Positions 20,020 through 29,451 of a DNA stretch of 64,000 nt are shown in pieces (position 1 is the first letter of the stretch; each line of letters begins with the position of its first letter). The notes below the pieces were generated by a model. The model was not told the DNA's origin and did not search any database. It saw only the letters and a program-made list of their open reading frames with translations. Position numbers and translations under genes: made by a program. The DNA is taken from the NCBI GenBank assembly GCA_963753055.1, contig CAVWAP010000004.1, positions 576,479 through 640,478 of the forward strand, given 5' to 3'. Origin of the DNA: an uncultured Bacteroidales bacterium. Lineage in GTDB: Bacteria > Bacteroidota > Bacteroidia > Bacteroidales > B18-G4.

Positions 20020-21363
20020 TTAAACTCCGGTGTAATTTTGAGGGGTAATTTCTTTCAGTTGCTTCTTCAGGTCGCTGCTGATTTTTAGCTTGTCAATAAA
20101 GGTGAAAATTGCAGCTTTATCTATTACTTTGTTCGACCTGGTTAATTCTTTCAATTGCTCATAAGGATTTGGGTATCCTTCTTTTCTTAAAATTGTCTGT
20201 ATTGCTTCTGCAACCACTGCCCAGTTATCTTCAAGGTCGGTACTGATCTTTTCCTCATTGAGGAGCAATTTGTCAATACCTTTAATTAACGACTTAAAGG
20301 CGATGATCGTATGCGCCATGGGCACGCCAATATTCCTGGTGACTGTAGAATCGGTCAGGTCGCGTTGCAGCCTTGAGACAGGCAGCTTAGCTGAAAGATG
20401 TTCAAAAAGGGCATTTGCAACACCGAGGTTCCCCTCAGCATTTTCAAAGTCAATTGGATTTACTTTGTGTGGCATGGTCGACGATCCCACTTCTCCTTTT
20501 TTGATCTCCTGCTTAAAATATTCCAGTAAAATGTAAGTCCATATATCCCTCGAAAAGTCCAGCAGGATGGTATTGATCCTTTTTATCGCATCAAATAATG
20601 CTGCAAGGTCATCATAGTGCTCAATCTGTGTAGTCGTTTTCTGCCTTCGTAAGGTCAGGGTCTTGTTAACAAACTGGTCAGCAAAGGCAGGCCAGTCAAT
20701 TTCCGGGTAAGCAGCCTGGTGTGCATTAAAGTTACCGGTTGCCCCACCAAATTTCGCCGAAACCGGGATGTTTGACATCAAGCTGACCTGTTGCTTCAGA
20801 CGTTCAACAAACACCATTATTTCCTTTCCAAGTCGGGTAGGGGAGGCTGGCTGTCCATGTGTTCTGGAAAGCATCGGAATATTTTTCCATAACTTCGCTT
20901 TTTGCTGAAGCCGTTTTAACAATTCATGATAAGATGGGATGAAGATGTCATTGAGAAAAAGTTTGGTGGCATATGGAACAGCCGTATTGTTTACGTCCTG
21001 CGAGGTAAGCCCAAAATGAATGAACTCCCTGTATTTTTTTAATCCCAGCTTGTCGAATTTCTTTTTCAGATAATACTCAACAGCTTTGACATCATGGTTA
21101 GTGGTCTTCTCGATCTGTTTGACCTCCTCTGCATCCTTGAATGTAAAATTCCGGCTGACGGCACGCAGGTCATCAAACTTACCCTGATCAAAATCCTTCA
21201 GTTCAGGCAAGGGTATTTCACATAGAGCAATGAAATACTCTATTTCAACAAATACGCGATAATTGATGAAAGCAGCCTCGGAGAAGTAAAAGGCAAGCGC
21301 TTCTGTTTGTTTATGATAACGGCCATCAACAGGAGAGATGGCACTTGCGGCGGTAAGTTCCAT
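20020..21363 (-). CDS. purB: Adenylosuccinate lyase
   Basis: 447 aa. Fumarate-lyase signature region GSSTMPHKVNP. Confidence 0.9.
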   Translation of the reverse strand: MELTAASAISPVDGRYHKQTEALAFYFSEAAFINYRVFVEIEYFIALCEIPLPELKDFDQGKFDDLRAVSRNFTFKDAEEVKQIEKTTNHDVKAVEYYLKKKFDKLGLKKYREFIHFGLTSQDVNNTAVPYATKLFLNDIFIPSYHELLKRLQQKAKLWKNIPMLSRTHGQPASPTRLGKEIMVFVERLKQQVSLMSNIPVSAKFGGATGNFNAHQAAYPEIDWPAFADQFVNKTLTLRRQKTTTQIEHYDDLAALFDAIKRINTILLDFSRDIWTYILLEYFKQEIKKGEVGSSTMPHKVNPIDFENAEGNLGVANALFEHLSAKLPVSRLQRDLTDSTVTRNIGVPMAHTIIAFKSLIKGIDKLLLNEEKISTDLEDNWAVVAEAIQTILRKEGYPNPYEQLKELTRSNKVIDKAAIFTFIDKLKISSDLKKQLKEITPQNYTGV

Positions 21364-21445
21364 GATTCAATGATTTAGACTTCCAAAATTAGAAAAGTAT
21401 GAAGAATAAGCAAGAGAATCATGAAATTAATATATATGTCAGGGC

Positions 21446-21631
21446 TCACATGTTTTTAAAGATGTCCCTGATAAGCTCACCATAGGTATCACCAAAGGTG
21501 AGCATGCACCATGCATATAAAGTCATAGCTTCCTCTTTACGGAGCCATTTCATTGACTTTCTTAATTCTTTTTGAAATAGGCTTTGATCGAAACTGACTT
21601 TTTGAAGAATGGTTTTAGTATATTCCAGCAT
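21446..21631 (-). CDS. Small hypothetical protein (61 aa)
   Basis: Isolated ORF with its own candidate -7 box (21688..21695). No recognisable domain. Confidence 0.35.
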   Translation of the reverse strand: MLEYTKTILQKVSFDQSLFQKELRKSMKWLRKEEAMTLYAWCMLTFGDTYGELIRDIFKNM

Positions 21632-21687
21632 TTTTGGTCAATTTTGATATCTGTAAAAAAAACGTCAAGGATCGGTTTTAATTGTGC

Positions 21688-21695
21688 CAAATATA
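21688..21695 (-). promoter_or_regulatory. Candidate -7 box (tatatttg on the - strand) for ORF 21446..21631
   Basis: The + strand reads caaatata, whose reverse complement matches TAnnTTTG. Confidence 0.25.
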
Positions 21696-21714
21696 TAAAA
21701 AACAAACCCTTTTG

Positions 21715-22560
21715 TCAATACTTTGTGCTGGAATATGCTGTGGAATAGGCTGCAAAGTACCCGATAGCTCCGTTGGAGAGGTTTCCTTTAACATTGGCAG
21801 GAGGTCCGCTGAACAGGGGTGTGCTGAAACTTACTTCTTCCTGAAGAGTCCAGACAAAATTAGCATAACCCTCTGTAATACCGCCCGCCTGGAAGGTTAC
21901 GGTGTCTCCAGGATTAACTTTTTCTTTATCCCTGGCCTGGTTTAAATAGCCGACACCGATGCCGTTGGTGTAGCTTCCATTATAGAATTCATCATCCGTA
22001 ACCCCTTTACTCGATAAAGTGTCAGTAATCAGTATGCCATTGATATAAATGTTGAACATATAAAAATTCTTATCCGGTGGATCCTGGTAATAGCACTGCA
22101 CTTCAATATATCCTTCAGAACCCCAGTCATCATGGAATGCCAACCTTATGGAGTCAATTGAATTGATATATGGAACAAAAGAACTTGCAGTGTAAAATTT
22201 GTTGTTATCGATTTCTTCTTGCAGGGTGATATTCAGCGTATAAGTATTTCCCATGATTGCATAATAGTCGGAGGTAGTTTCATAAACCCCCGGCTTTGAG
22301 GAGTTCTCCTGGAGCATATGTACATTACCGTCCTGGTCGACGATCTCCACAGTTGCATCAGGTACTGCAGGTGGAGCTGAATTATAGCTGTAGTTGGTTG
22401 TCTTTGTGAGGATCACCTGGTGTGCCATGGTATCTGTTGTCAGGTAGCCTTCAACAACCAGGCGCTCATAATCCTGATCCTGCAAATCAATATCAATGCG
22501 TTCTGTACAGGCACTTGCTGCGAGAATAATTAATGAGAGTATATATATTAGCTTCTTCAT
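21715..22560 (-). CDS. DUF4249-like lipoprotein partner of the TonB-dependent receptor
   Basis: Start moved to MKKLIYILSLIILAASAC (lipobox, ATG at 22560), 8 nt after the receptor stop. This is the typical pairing downstream of a CarboxypepD_reg-type receptor. Confidence 0.7.
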   Translation of the reverse strand: MKKLIYILSLIILAASACTERIDIDLQDQDYERLVVEGYLTTDTMAHQVILTKTTNYSYNSAPPAVPDATVEIVDQDGNVHMLQENSSKPGVYETTSDYYAIMGNTYTLNITLQEEIDNNKFYTASSFVPYINSIDSIRLAFHDDWGSEGYIEVQCYYQDPPDKNFYMFNIYINGILITDTLSSKGVTDDEFYNGSYTNGIGVGYLNQARDKEKVNPGDTVTFQAGGITEGYANFVWTLQEEVSFSTPLFSGPPANVKGNLSNGAIGYFAAYSTAYSSTKY

Positions 22561-22567
22561 CGTCTTG

Positions 22568-24937
22568 CTAAAATTTAAAATTAAAGGTAACCGAAGGGAT
22601 AATACTATATAAGTAAGTCCTTGTTGCATACACTTCATAAGTTGGCTGACTTGTATTACTCTGCTCCTGCTCAAAATTAATGGCCCAGGTGTTATGCCTG
22701 TTGTATGCATTGTATACTGAGAAAACCCATTCATGCTTAAACCTCCTGGGTTTTTCTTTCCCCCTGAGTGTCACTGACAGGTCCAGCCTGTGGTAATCTC
22801 TATAACGGTAACCGTTTCTGTCTGAATAAATAGGCACAATATTACCGCCAATAACTGCCCTTCCTGTTGGCATTGTTACCGGTACACCTGTCTGGTACAC
22901 CCAGTTTCCGGAAAAACTTACCCGCTGCGAGATGTCATACGCAACAACAATAGATAAATCATGGGGCCGGTCGTAAGGTGAAGGGTATTTGTTGCCATCA
23001 TTAATTTCCGGGATCTCTCTCCATGACCTGGAATAAGTGTATCCCACCCAGCCGCTGATCTTGCCTTTGGGCATTTTCAAATCATAAAACCTGACAAGGA
23101 GCTCAATCCCATATGACCAGGATTTTCCAAAACGCAGCTCGCCTTCTAGTTCCTTGTTTAACAGAAGCCATGCATGATCTTTAAAATCAATTGTATTCTG
23201 CATATTCTTGTAATAAACCTCGGCAGATGTCTCAATATGATTCTTCAGGAAGTTTCTGAAATAACCTGCTGCAACCTGGTCGGAAATCTGTGGTTTCACA
23301 TTAGGACTGGCTGAAAACCAGAGGTCAAGAGGTGTCCCGGCAGTGGAGTTCTGTGCCATTTGAATGTACTGGTATGTCCTGGCATAACTAGCTTTTATCG
23401 AAGAGACTTCATTGATCAGATAATTGGCTGATATCCTGGGCTCCATGCCCCAGTAAGTATGGTAAATATCACCGCTGGCATAGTCTTCTGAATGTGTTGG
23501 CTCATAGTCTTCATCAAAATAATAAACTGTCCCGGTACCTATATTATTAAACAATGAAAATCTCAAGCCATACTTCAATACGAATAATGCACCAACCTTT
23601 TGCTCGTTACTCGCATAAAGGGCACTTTCTATGGAATGACTCTTAGGTACTATATATTCTGTAAACAGGGTATTATCACCGGTACCCTTTGCTATCCCCG
23701 GATTAAAAGAATGATAGATTGAACTTATCCCGTATCGTATGGTATTATCAGCATCCAGGTACCAGGTAAAATCGCCCTTCAAGCCCAGGTCTTCCAGATG
23801 CGAATCCCATACGAAGGAATTGGCATCATCCTCATCTGAAGTGCCCAGACTGTAATTGTAACGGCTGTAAATAAAGGTAAAGTTGCTGAATACTTTCTTG
23901 GAAAACAGGTGGTTCCACCTGGCTGTGGCCGTGGAGTTGCCAAGGTTCATTTTGGCAAACTGGTTTTTAAAAATATCCCTTCCAAAATAACCTGAGATAT
24001 ATATCCTGTTATTCTCATTGAAAGTATGGTTGATCTTGGCGTTGAGGTCGAAAAAATACAGCTTGTTTCCCTGGATATCCTCATTCCCAAAGATCGGTAT
24101 GAAAAGATCGGCATATGTCCTCCTGCCTGAAACCAGGAAGGAAGTTCTATTTTTAATGATTGGCCCTTCTAAAGTCAGCCTGCTGGATATCAGTCCGATG
24201 CCGCCAGATCCGGAAAATCTTTTTTTATTACCGTCTTTCATCCTAACATCCAGTACAGAAGAAAGTCTACCACCAAAACGTGCAGGAATATCTCCTTTAT
24301 AGAGGACCATATCCTTGACGGCGTCATTATTAAAGACTGAGAAGAAACCCAGCATATGGCCTGCATTGTAAACTGTCGCTTCATCTAACAAGACAAGGTT
24401 TTGATCAATATTTCCGCCCCTTACACTAAATCCGGTGGCACCTTCTGCAGCAGCAGATACTCCAGGTAATAACTGAAGTACTTTAATGATATCTGTTTCG
24501 CCAAAGACAGTTGGAACAGACTTAATTTGCTTGGCATCCATCTTTACTACACTCATCTCAACCTTCTGGATATTCTCACCAGGGCGCTTGGCAATAACTT
24601 CCACTTCCTTGAGCATCTGTTCAGATGGAATCAGATCTATATCAATTACGATGTCTTTAACCAGTTCGACTTTTCGCTCCTGCGTTTGATAGCCAACATA
24701 AGAATAAGTGATGGTATATGACCCCGGAAGCAGGTTAAGGGAATAAAATCCATAATTATTGGTTGCTGCTCCGTTTTGGAGTTCCCTGATATATATGGTG
24801 ACTCCGATGAGATCCTCACCGGTTTCACTATCTTTTATATGCCCGCTGATCGAAAAATGCTTATCGCTTTCATCTGCAAGTATAATTGCGGGAAGAAATA
24901 ATAATAAGCTGACCAGGCAGATGATCCTCTTAAGCAT
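22568..24937 (-). CDS. TonB-dependent receptor with N-terminal carboxypeptidase-regulatory-like domain
   Basis: Signal peptide, ISGHIKDSETGEDLIGVTIY (CarboxypepD_reg-like), plug region, and a long beta-barrel ending in aromatic FNFKF. Confidence 0.85.
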   Translation of the reverse strand: MLKRIICLVSLLLFLPAIILADESDKHFSISGHIKDSETGEDLIGVTIYIRELQNGAATNNYGFYSLNLLPGSYTITYSYVGYQTQERKVELVKDIVIDIDLIPSEQMLKEVEVIAKRPGENIQKVEMSVVKMDAKQIKSVPTVFGETDIIKVLQLLPGVSAAAEGATGFSVRGGNIDQNLVLLDEATVYNAGHMLGFFSVFNNDAVKDMVLYKGDIPARFGGRLSSVLDVRMKDGNKKRFSGSGGIGLISSRLTLEGPIIKNRTSFLVSGRRTYADLFIPIFGNEDIQGNKLYFFDLNAKINHTFNENNRIYISGYFGRDIFKNQFAKMNLGNSTATARWNHLFSKKVFSNFTFIYSRYNYSLGTSDEDDANSFVWDSHLEDLGLKGDFTWYLDADNTIRYGISSIYHSFNPGIAKGTGDNTLFTEYIVPKSHSIESALYASNEQKVGALFVLKYGLRFSLFNNIGTGTVYYFDEDYEPTHSEDYASGDIYHTYWGMEPRISANYLINEVSSIKASYARTYQYIQMAQNSTAGTPLDLWFSASPNVKPQISDQVAAGYFRNFLKNHIETSAEVYYKNMQNTIDFKDHAWLLLNKELEGELRFGKSWSYGIELLVRFYDLKMPKGKISGWVGYTYSRSWREIPEINDGNKYPSPYDRPHDLSIVVAYDISQRVSFSGNWVYQTGVPVTMPTGRAVIGGNIVPIYSDRNGYRYRDYHRLDLSVTLRGKEKPRRFKHEWVFSVYNAYNRHNTWAINFEQEQSNTSQPTYEVYATRTYLYSIIPSVTFNFKF

Positions 24938-24964
24938 ACTCTTTCAATCGAATAAAACTGATAA

Positions 24965-25657
24965 TTATTGTGCAAACCAGCCAAACAAAAAGCTCACTGT
25001 ACCTGTGAAACTGTTGAAATCCTTGTTGTCGTAATATTGCTTTTCAATTGGATCGCTTGCTCCATCAGGCAAATAGAGATAACTCCTGTTCAGGCCGCTA
25101 ACCAAACGATAACCGACTCCGACATTGATTTTGAACCATTTTGCAAGATTTATTTCTGCTTCAGCCTGAGGGATGAAAACGAAACAGTTATCTCCTGCAA
25201 AATATTGATCGTAGTAGTCATACGTATTTGATTGATAAAGCGATACTTCACCCCAGCCAAGTTTTGCACTTGCACCGAAGTGAACGGCCTTATATGATTG
25301 ATAAATATATCCCAGCCAAAAACCACCATGCCCAAAATTGACCCTGCGGTTGTAAAAAATTTCATTTTCCGTGAGAGCAGGACTATACCTTTCAAGTGTT
25401 ACCCTGTGATCGGTCGATAATCCTTCTCCGTATCCTCCTATGTAGAATGACTGGTTAAAAATGACTGCACCACCACCACCAACACAAACAGCGAAATTAT
25501 TCATTACTGAAGAAAACTCAACTATGGGAGCACCAAAACCAGATACCTTCAATTTGCCATCTTTTTTCTGGAAAAGATATTGCATATCCTGGCCTGAAAG
25601 TTGATATGATGAACAAATGAAGATCAATCCCGTAATAATGATAGTAATCTTTTTCAT
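24965..25657 (-). CDS. Hypothetical outer-membrane beta-barrel-like protein
   Basis: Signal peptide MKKITIIITGLIFICSS, alternating Gly/aromatic beta-strand pattern, C-terminal FGWFAQ. Confidence 0.55.
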   Translation of the reverse strand: MKKITIIITGLIFICSSYQLSGQDMQYLFQKKDGKLKVSGFGAPIVEFSSVMNNFAVCVGGGGAVIFNQSFYIGGYGEGLSTDHRVTLERYSPALTENEIFYNRRVNFGHGGFWLGYIYQSYKAVHFGASAKLGWGEVSLYQSNTYDYYDQYFAGDNCFVFIPQAEAEINLAKWFKINVGVGYRLVSGLNRSYLYLPDGASDPIEKQYYDNKDFNSFTGTVSFLFGWFAQ

Positions 25658-25758
25658 TTTTTAAATGTTTATGAGAATATTATAAATATAACTACATAGA
25701 CATACTAATTATTTCAGGGTTGCAAATAGAGTGAAAAAAAACGAAAAATGACTATCTT

Positions 25759-26427
25759 TTGAGCAAAGAAAAAAAAATATTATTGCAAAGCCTGGTTTTT
25801 CCAGCCATATTTGTGGTGGCAATATGGTTAATAAAATTCATAGAATTAATCTTTGATCTCCCACTATATCGATTCGGAATTTTCCCATTGTCATACAAAG
25901 GTCTGCCCGGTTTATTATTCGCACCACTCATTCATGGTGATTTTGCCCATTTATATGCAAATACTATCCCTGTTTTCGTTCTCACTGCGGCGTTGTTTTA
26001 CTTTTATAGGGAAATAGCATTCAGGGTATTTTTTCTGATCTATTTCTTTTCTAATATCTGGCTCTGGTTTGGGGCCAGGGAGGTATATCATATCGGTGCA
26101 AGTGGATTGATTTACGGACTTGCCACCTTCTTATTTGTAAGTGGCCTTATCCGGAAAAATCCAAGATTAATGGCGATATCAATGTTTGTTGCTTTTCTTT
26201 ATGGAAGTTTTATATGGGGAATATTCCCCGAATTCTTTCCGGAAAGAAACATCTCTTTTGAAGGTCATTTTTGGGGTATTATTGCAGGCTTGATCATTGC
26301 CATCTATTACAGAAAACTTGGCCCTCAGAAAAGGCTTTATTCATGGGATTTAGAAGAAGATTTTGAAGACTTTGATGATGAAGACAATGACGCCTATTGG
26401 AAGGTCCCTCATAAAGGTTCTCCTTAA
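25759..26427 (+). CDS. Rhomboid-family intramembrane serine protease
   Basis: GASGLIYGL catalytic Ser motif and downstream His in GHFWGIIAG. The TTG start is uncertain. Confidence 0.75.
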   Translation: MSKEKKILLQSLVFPAIFVVAIWLIKFIELIFDLPLYRFGIFPLSYKGLPGLLFAPLIHGDFAHLYANTIPVFVLTAALFYFYREIAFRVFFLIYFFSNIWLWFGAREVYHIGASGLIYGLATFLFVSGLIRKNPRLMAISMFVAFLYGSFIWGIFPEFFPERNISFEGHFWGIIAGLIIAIYYRKLGPQKRLYSWDLEEDFEDFDDEDNDAYWKVPHKGSP

Positions 26428-27858
26428 TCAGGATTTATTCAGCAGGAACCTGTCATATAACCATAAAAGAATTACTGTCCCAATTCCTATACCTGTGAAA
26501 ACCATCCAGATATCATATGGTTGGTAATTTTCCCATAAAAACCTGGTCAAGCCTTGTTGATCCATGCCTATTAGCTCACAAGCCCTGTTTACATAATCTG
26601 TTTTGGTGAATTGCCCTGAAATCTCAGGGATAGAAAGCCCGCGTGTGGCAACTTCCTTTTGCAAAAGTGTTATTTTATCAGACATATTGCCATACAAATC
26701 ACCTGACAATATGCCAGCAAAGAAATTTCCTCCAGCCATAGGAAGATAGTATGCACCCATATACATGGCGACCTTATCTTTGGGTGCGATCCTGCCAATA
26801 TACTCAAGGATTTTTGGGGAGCTCATCATCTCACCTAAAGCAAATACAAGTAAGGTGATAAAAAGATAGAATGGGTTACTGCTGATGAACCATAATCCCA
26901 CACCTATCGATGAGATTAAAATGCCGGAGATCATGGTACCCAATGGCTTGTATTTCATGACAAGTGCTGAAACAGCAACCTGGAAGAGCACAATATATAA
27001 GGCATCGATGTTGATCAGCATTTCCGGTGCTATGGTGCCTTCCGGAGTTCCTATTGCCTTTGCCACCCCGGGAGAAAAAGAGTCAAGGAAATTGAAAATA
27101 ACGGAAGTATCCATCCATTGATCGATGAACACTGGCAAGGTGTAAAACAGCTGGTTATACATGGTCCAGAACCCGACAATAATAATAAGGAAGATGAAAA
27201 AACGGGTATCCTTCAGGACACTTGCCAGGTTGCGAAAGATAGTTACAATGGATTTTAACAGTGATTCCTTTTTCTTCTCTATCAAAGGCTCTTTATAAAA
27301 AATAATTACCAGAACCAGGTTGACCAGGATGACCACCGCAGATATATCAAAAACATACTCCCACTTTACCTCCCTGAACTTGGAAGCAACGATAGGCCCG
27401 ATAAATGCCCCTATGTTCACGATCATATAGAATATACCAAAACCAATTGATGATGTTGAAGGCGTAGTGGTTTTTGCAATGGTCGCAGAAATGACCGGTT
27501 TGAACAGACCAGCTCCAACAGCAACAAACAGAAAGACAAACCACATGCCTGCATAACTCTTCACCTGCCCCATCAGGAAATAACCAATGGCCAGGATGAT
27601 ATAAGAAAGGATCAGGATTTTTTTATAGCCATACTTATCCGCTATTGCACCCGTAATGGTGGGAAGAAAGTAGAGCAGGCCAACAACGGTTCCGATAAGG
27701 TATCCTTTTTGAGCCTGCGTAAATCCAAGTGCCCCGGTATCGGTCGAATTGGTCAGGTATAAAGCCAGAACAGCAAACATCCCATACCAGGCCCATCGCT
27801 CAAAGAGCTCCATGGTGTTAGCCACCCAAAATGTCCTCGGAAAACTGTACAATTTCAA
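26428..27858 (-). CDS. POT/PTR2-family proton-dependent peptide transporter
   Basis: N-terminal ELFERWAWYG (ExxERFxYY-type motif), MFS topology. TTG start is required to retain conserved TM1. Confidence 0.85.
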   Translation of the reverse strand: MKLYSFPRTFWVANTMELFERWAWYGMFAVLALYLTNSTDTGALGFTQAQKGYLIGTVVGLLYFLPTITGAIADKYGYKKILILSYIILAIGYFLMGQVKSYAGMWFVFLFVAVGAGLFKPVISATIAKTTTPSTSSIGFGIFYMIVNIGAFIGPIVASKFREVKWEYVFDISAVVILVNLVLVIIFYKEPLIEKKKESLLKSIVTIFRNLASVLKDTRFFIFLIIIVGFWTMYNQLFYTLPVFIDQWMDTSVIFNFLDSFSPGVAKAIGTPEGTIAPEMLINIDALYIVLFQVAVSALVMKYKPLGTMISGILISSIGVGLWFISSNPFYLFITLLVFALGEMMSSPKILEYIGRIAPKDKVAMYMGAYYLPMAGGNFFAGILSGDLYGNMSDKITLLQKEVATRGLSIPEISGQFTKTDYVNRACELIGMDQQGLTRFLWENYQPYDIWMVFTGIGIGTVILLWLYDRFLLNKS

Positions 27859-27859
27859 T

Positions 27860-27936
27860 TTCTATTGTCTATTTTCTATTGTCTATTTTGCGTTCTGCGC
27901 TTTGCGTTTTGCGTTTTGCGCTCTGCGTTTTTCATT
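27860..27936. repeat. Phased heptamer array (2 x ttctattgtctatt, then 3 variants of ttgcgttctgcgct, then a decayed unit)
   Basis: Read directly. Eleven consecutive 7-nt units keep the NTNNNTT frame in the divergent POT/GT39 spacer. Confidence 0.9.
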
Positions 27937-27981
27937 TTCAAGCTTGCAAGTATACGAATTAAAAGTAATTTTATTCTCCTG

Positions 27982-29445
27982 ATGAATTTTGATAGAATAA
28001 AAATTGGACTTTTCCTGTTATTCGTTTTGGGTATGGTCCTCAGTTTTTATGCCATTTCTCTTGATGATTTTCTGAATCTTTGGGATGAGCGCTTTCATGC
28101 ACTGGTCGCAAAGAATATGATGGACTCCCCGTTAATGCCCACATTATATAAAGAAACCTTAGTTGACATAGTATATGACCGCTGGGACCGTGCACATATT
28201 TGGCTTCACAAACAACCATTGTTCATGTGGCAAATTATGGCAAGCATGAAGGTCTTCGGAGTTAATGAATTTGCAGTGCGCCTTCCAAGTGCTATCATGA
28301 ATAGCTTGCTGGTTCTTATTGCCTATGGAATTGGATCAATGGCAGTCAACCGCAAAGTCGGGCTCCTTACTGCCTTTCTTTATGTTACATCCTTTTATAT
28401 GCTTCAGTTAGTTTCTGGCAGGAAGGAGCTTGAGCATAATGATATAGCCTTTCTATTTTATGTTTCAGCAAGTATTTGGGCATGGCTGAAATACCTGAAA
28501 TCTGAAAAGCTCTATTGGGTGGTTCTTATCGGAGCATTTGCAGGAGCCGCAATATTGTGTAAATGGCTATCAGGTTTATTGGTGTACCTCGCCTGGGGGG
28601 TTTTTAACCTGCAGGAATTCCGTTTTAGGATAAAAGCATATATCCCAATAATAATATCATTGATTGTTACCTTTTGCATTATAATGCCCTGGCAGGTTCT
28701 GATCTTCTCATGGTATCCGGCTGAAGCAAAGTATGAATTGTCATATAATTTCAGGCACTTTAGCGAGGTGATAGAAGGTCATGACGGTAATTTTTGGTAT
28801 CATTTCAGTTACATGAAACAATTGTTTGGACGCCTGGTTCAGATTTTAGTTCTTCCTGCCTTAATCCTGTATGTAGTCAGATCTGAAAACCGGAAGCTGG
28901 CCATATCATTTGTTGCAATGCCTGTTTTTGTATACCTGTTTTATTCAGTTGCTGCGACAAAGATGCCCTCATATCCAATCCCTGCAGTAATACCCATATA
29001 CGTATGCATTGCCTACCTGATGTTTCTCTTGTTTGAACTGATCTCTAATAAACTTCAAAAAAAATGGATTTCCTCGCTTATAATAATAATGATATTGATT
29101 CTCAGCGCTTGGCTTAACTTACGACTGCAAGTGTTTGGCCAATTGCATGATCCAGGGTCAGAACTGGCCATTCAGCTTACTCATAATAAACAGGTTTTCA
29201 AAGAATTAAATTCGAAGCTTCCAGAAAAAACAGTGATTTTTAATGTAAAAGGCAGGCATTATATAGAATGTATGTTCTATACCGACTTCCCGGCTTATAA
29301 TATGGTTCCATCCAGGGTGCAATATGACACATTAAAATCATTGAACTATACAGTAGCAATATTTAAAACAAAGGAATTACCAGACTTTTTAGAGGATGAT
29401 GAGAAAGTGATATTGATCCATGAGGAGCTTATGGGTTATAACTAA
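27982..29445 (+). CDS. Glycosyltransferase family 39 (ArnT/PMT-like) membrane protein
   Basis: Start moved to ATG 27982 (MNFDRIKIGLFLL). Polytopic, with a first-loop WDERFHA (DE motif). The upstream 39 codons of the ORF track translate the repeat array. Confidence 0.75.
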   Translation: MNFDRIKIGLFLLFVLGMVLSFYAISLDDFLNLWDERFHALVAKNMMDSPLMPTLYKETLVDIVYDRWDRAHIWLHKQPLFMWQIMASMKVFGVNEFAVRLPSAIMNSLLVLIAYGIGSMAVNRKVGLLTAFLYVTSFYMLQLVSGRKELEHNDIAFLFYVSASIWAWLKYLKSEKLYWVVLIGAFAGAAILCKWLSGLLVYLAWGVFNLQEFRFRIKAYIPIIISLIVTFCIIMPWQVLIFSWYPAEAKYELSYNFRHFSEVIEGHDGNFWYHFSYMKQLFGRLVQILVLPALILYVVRSENRKLAISFVAMPVFVYLFYSVAATKMPSYPIPAVIPIYVCIAYLMFLLFELISNKLQKKWISSLIIIMILILSAWLNLRLQVFGQLHDPGSELAIQLTHNKQVFKELNSKLPEKTVIFNVKGRHYIECMFYTDFPAYNMVPSRVQYDTLKSLNYTVAIFKTKELPDFLEDDEKVILIHEELMGYN

Positions 29446-29451
29446 TCAGGG

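Noticed and set aside
27860-27936. Possible CRISPR arrays at the tandem-repeat loci (27860..27936 and 31499..31546)
   Set aside because: The units are 7-8 nt and directly abutting with no spacers, and no cas genes are in the window.
27865-27981. N-terminal extensions offered by the ORF track (2530, 17845, 22734, 27865, 34718, 34741, 39067 and 43065 starts)
   Set aside because: The extensions translate intergenic repeats, run antisense or out of frame over neighbouring genes, or precede canonical signal peptides or conserved N-termini. Internal ATGs give lengths typical of the families.
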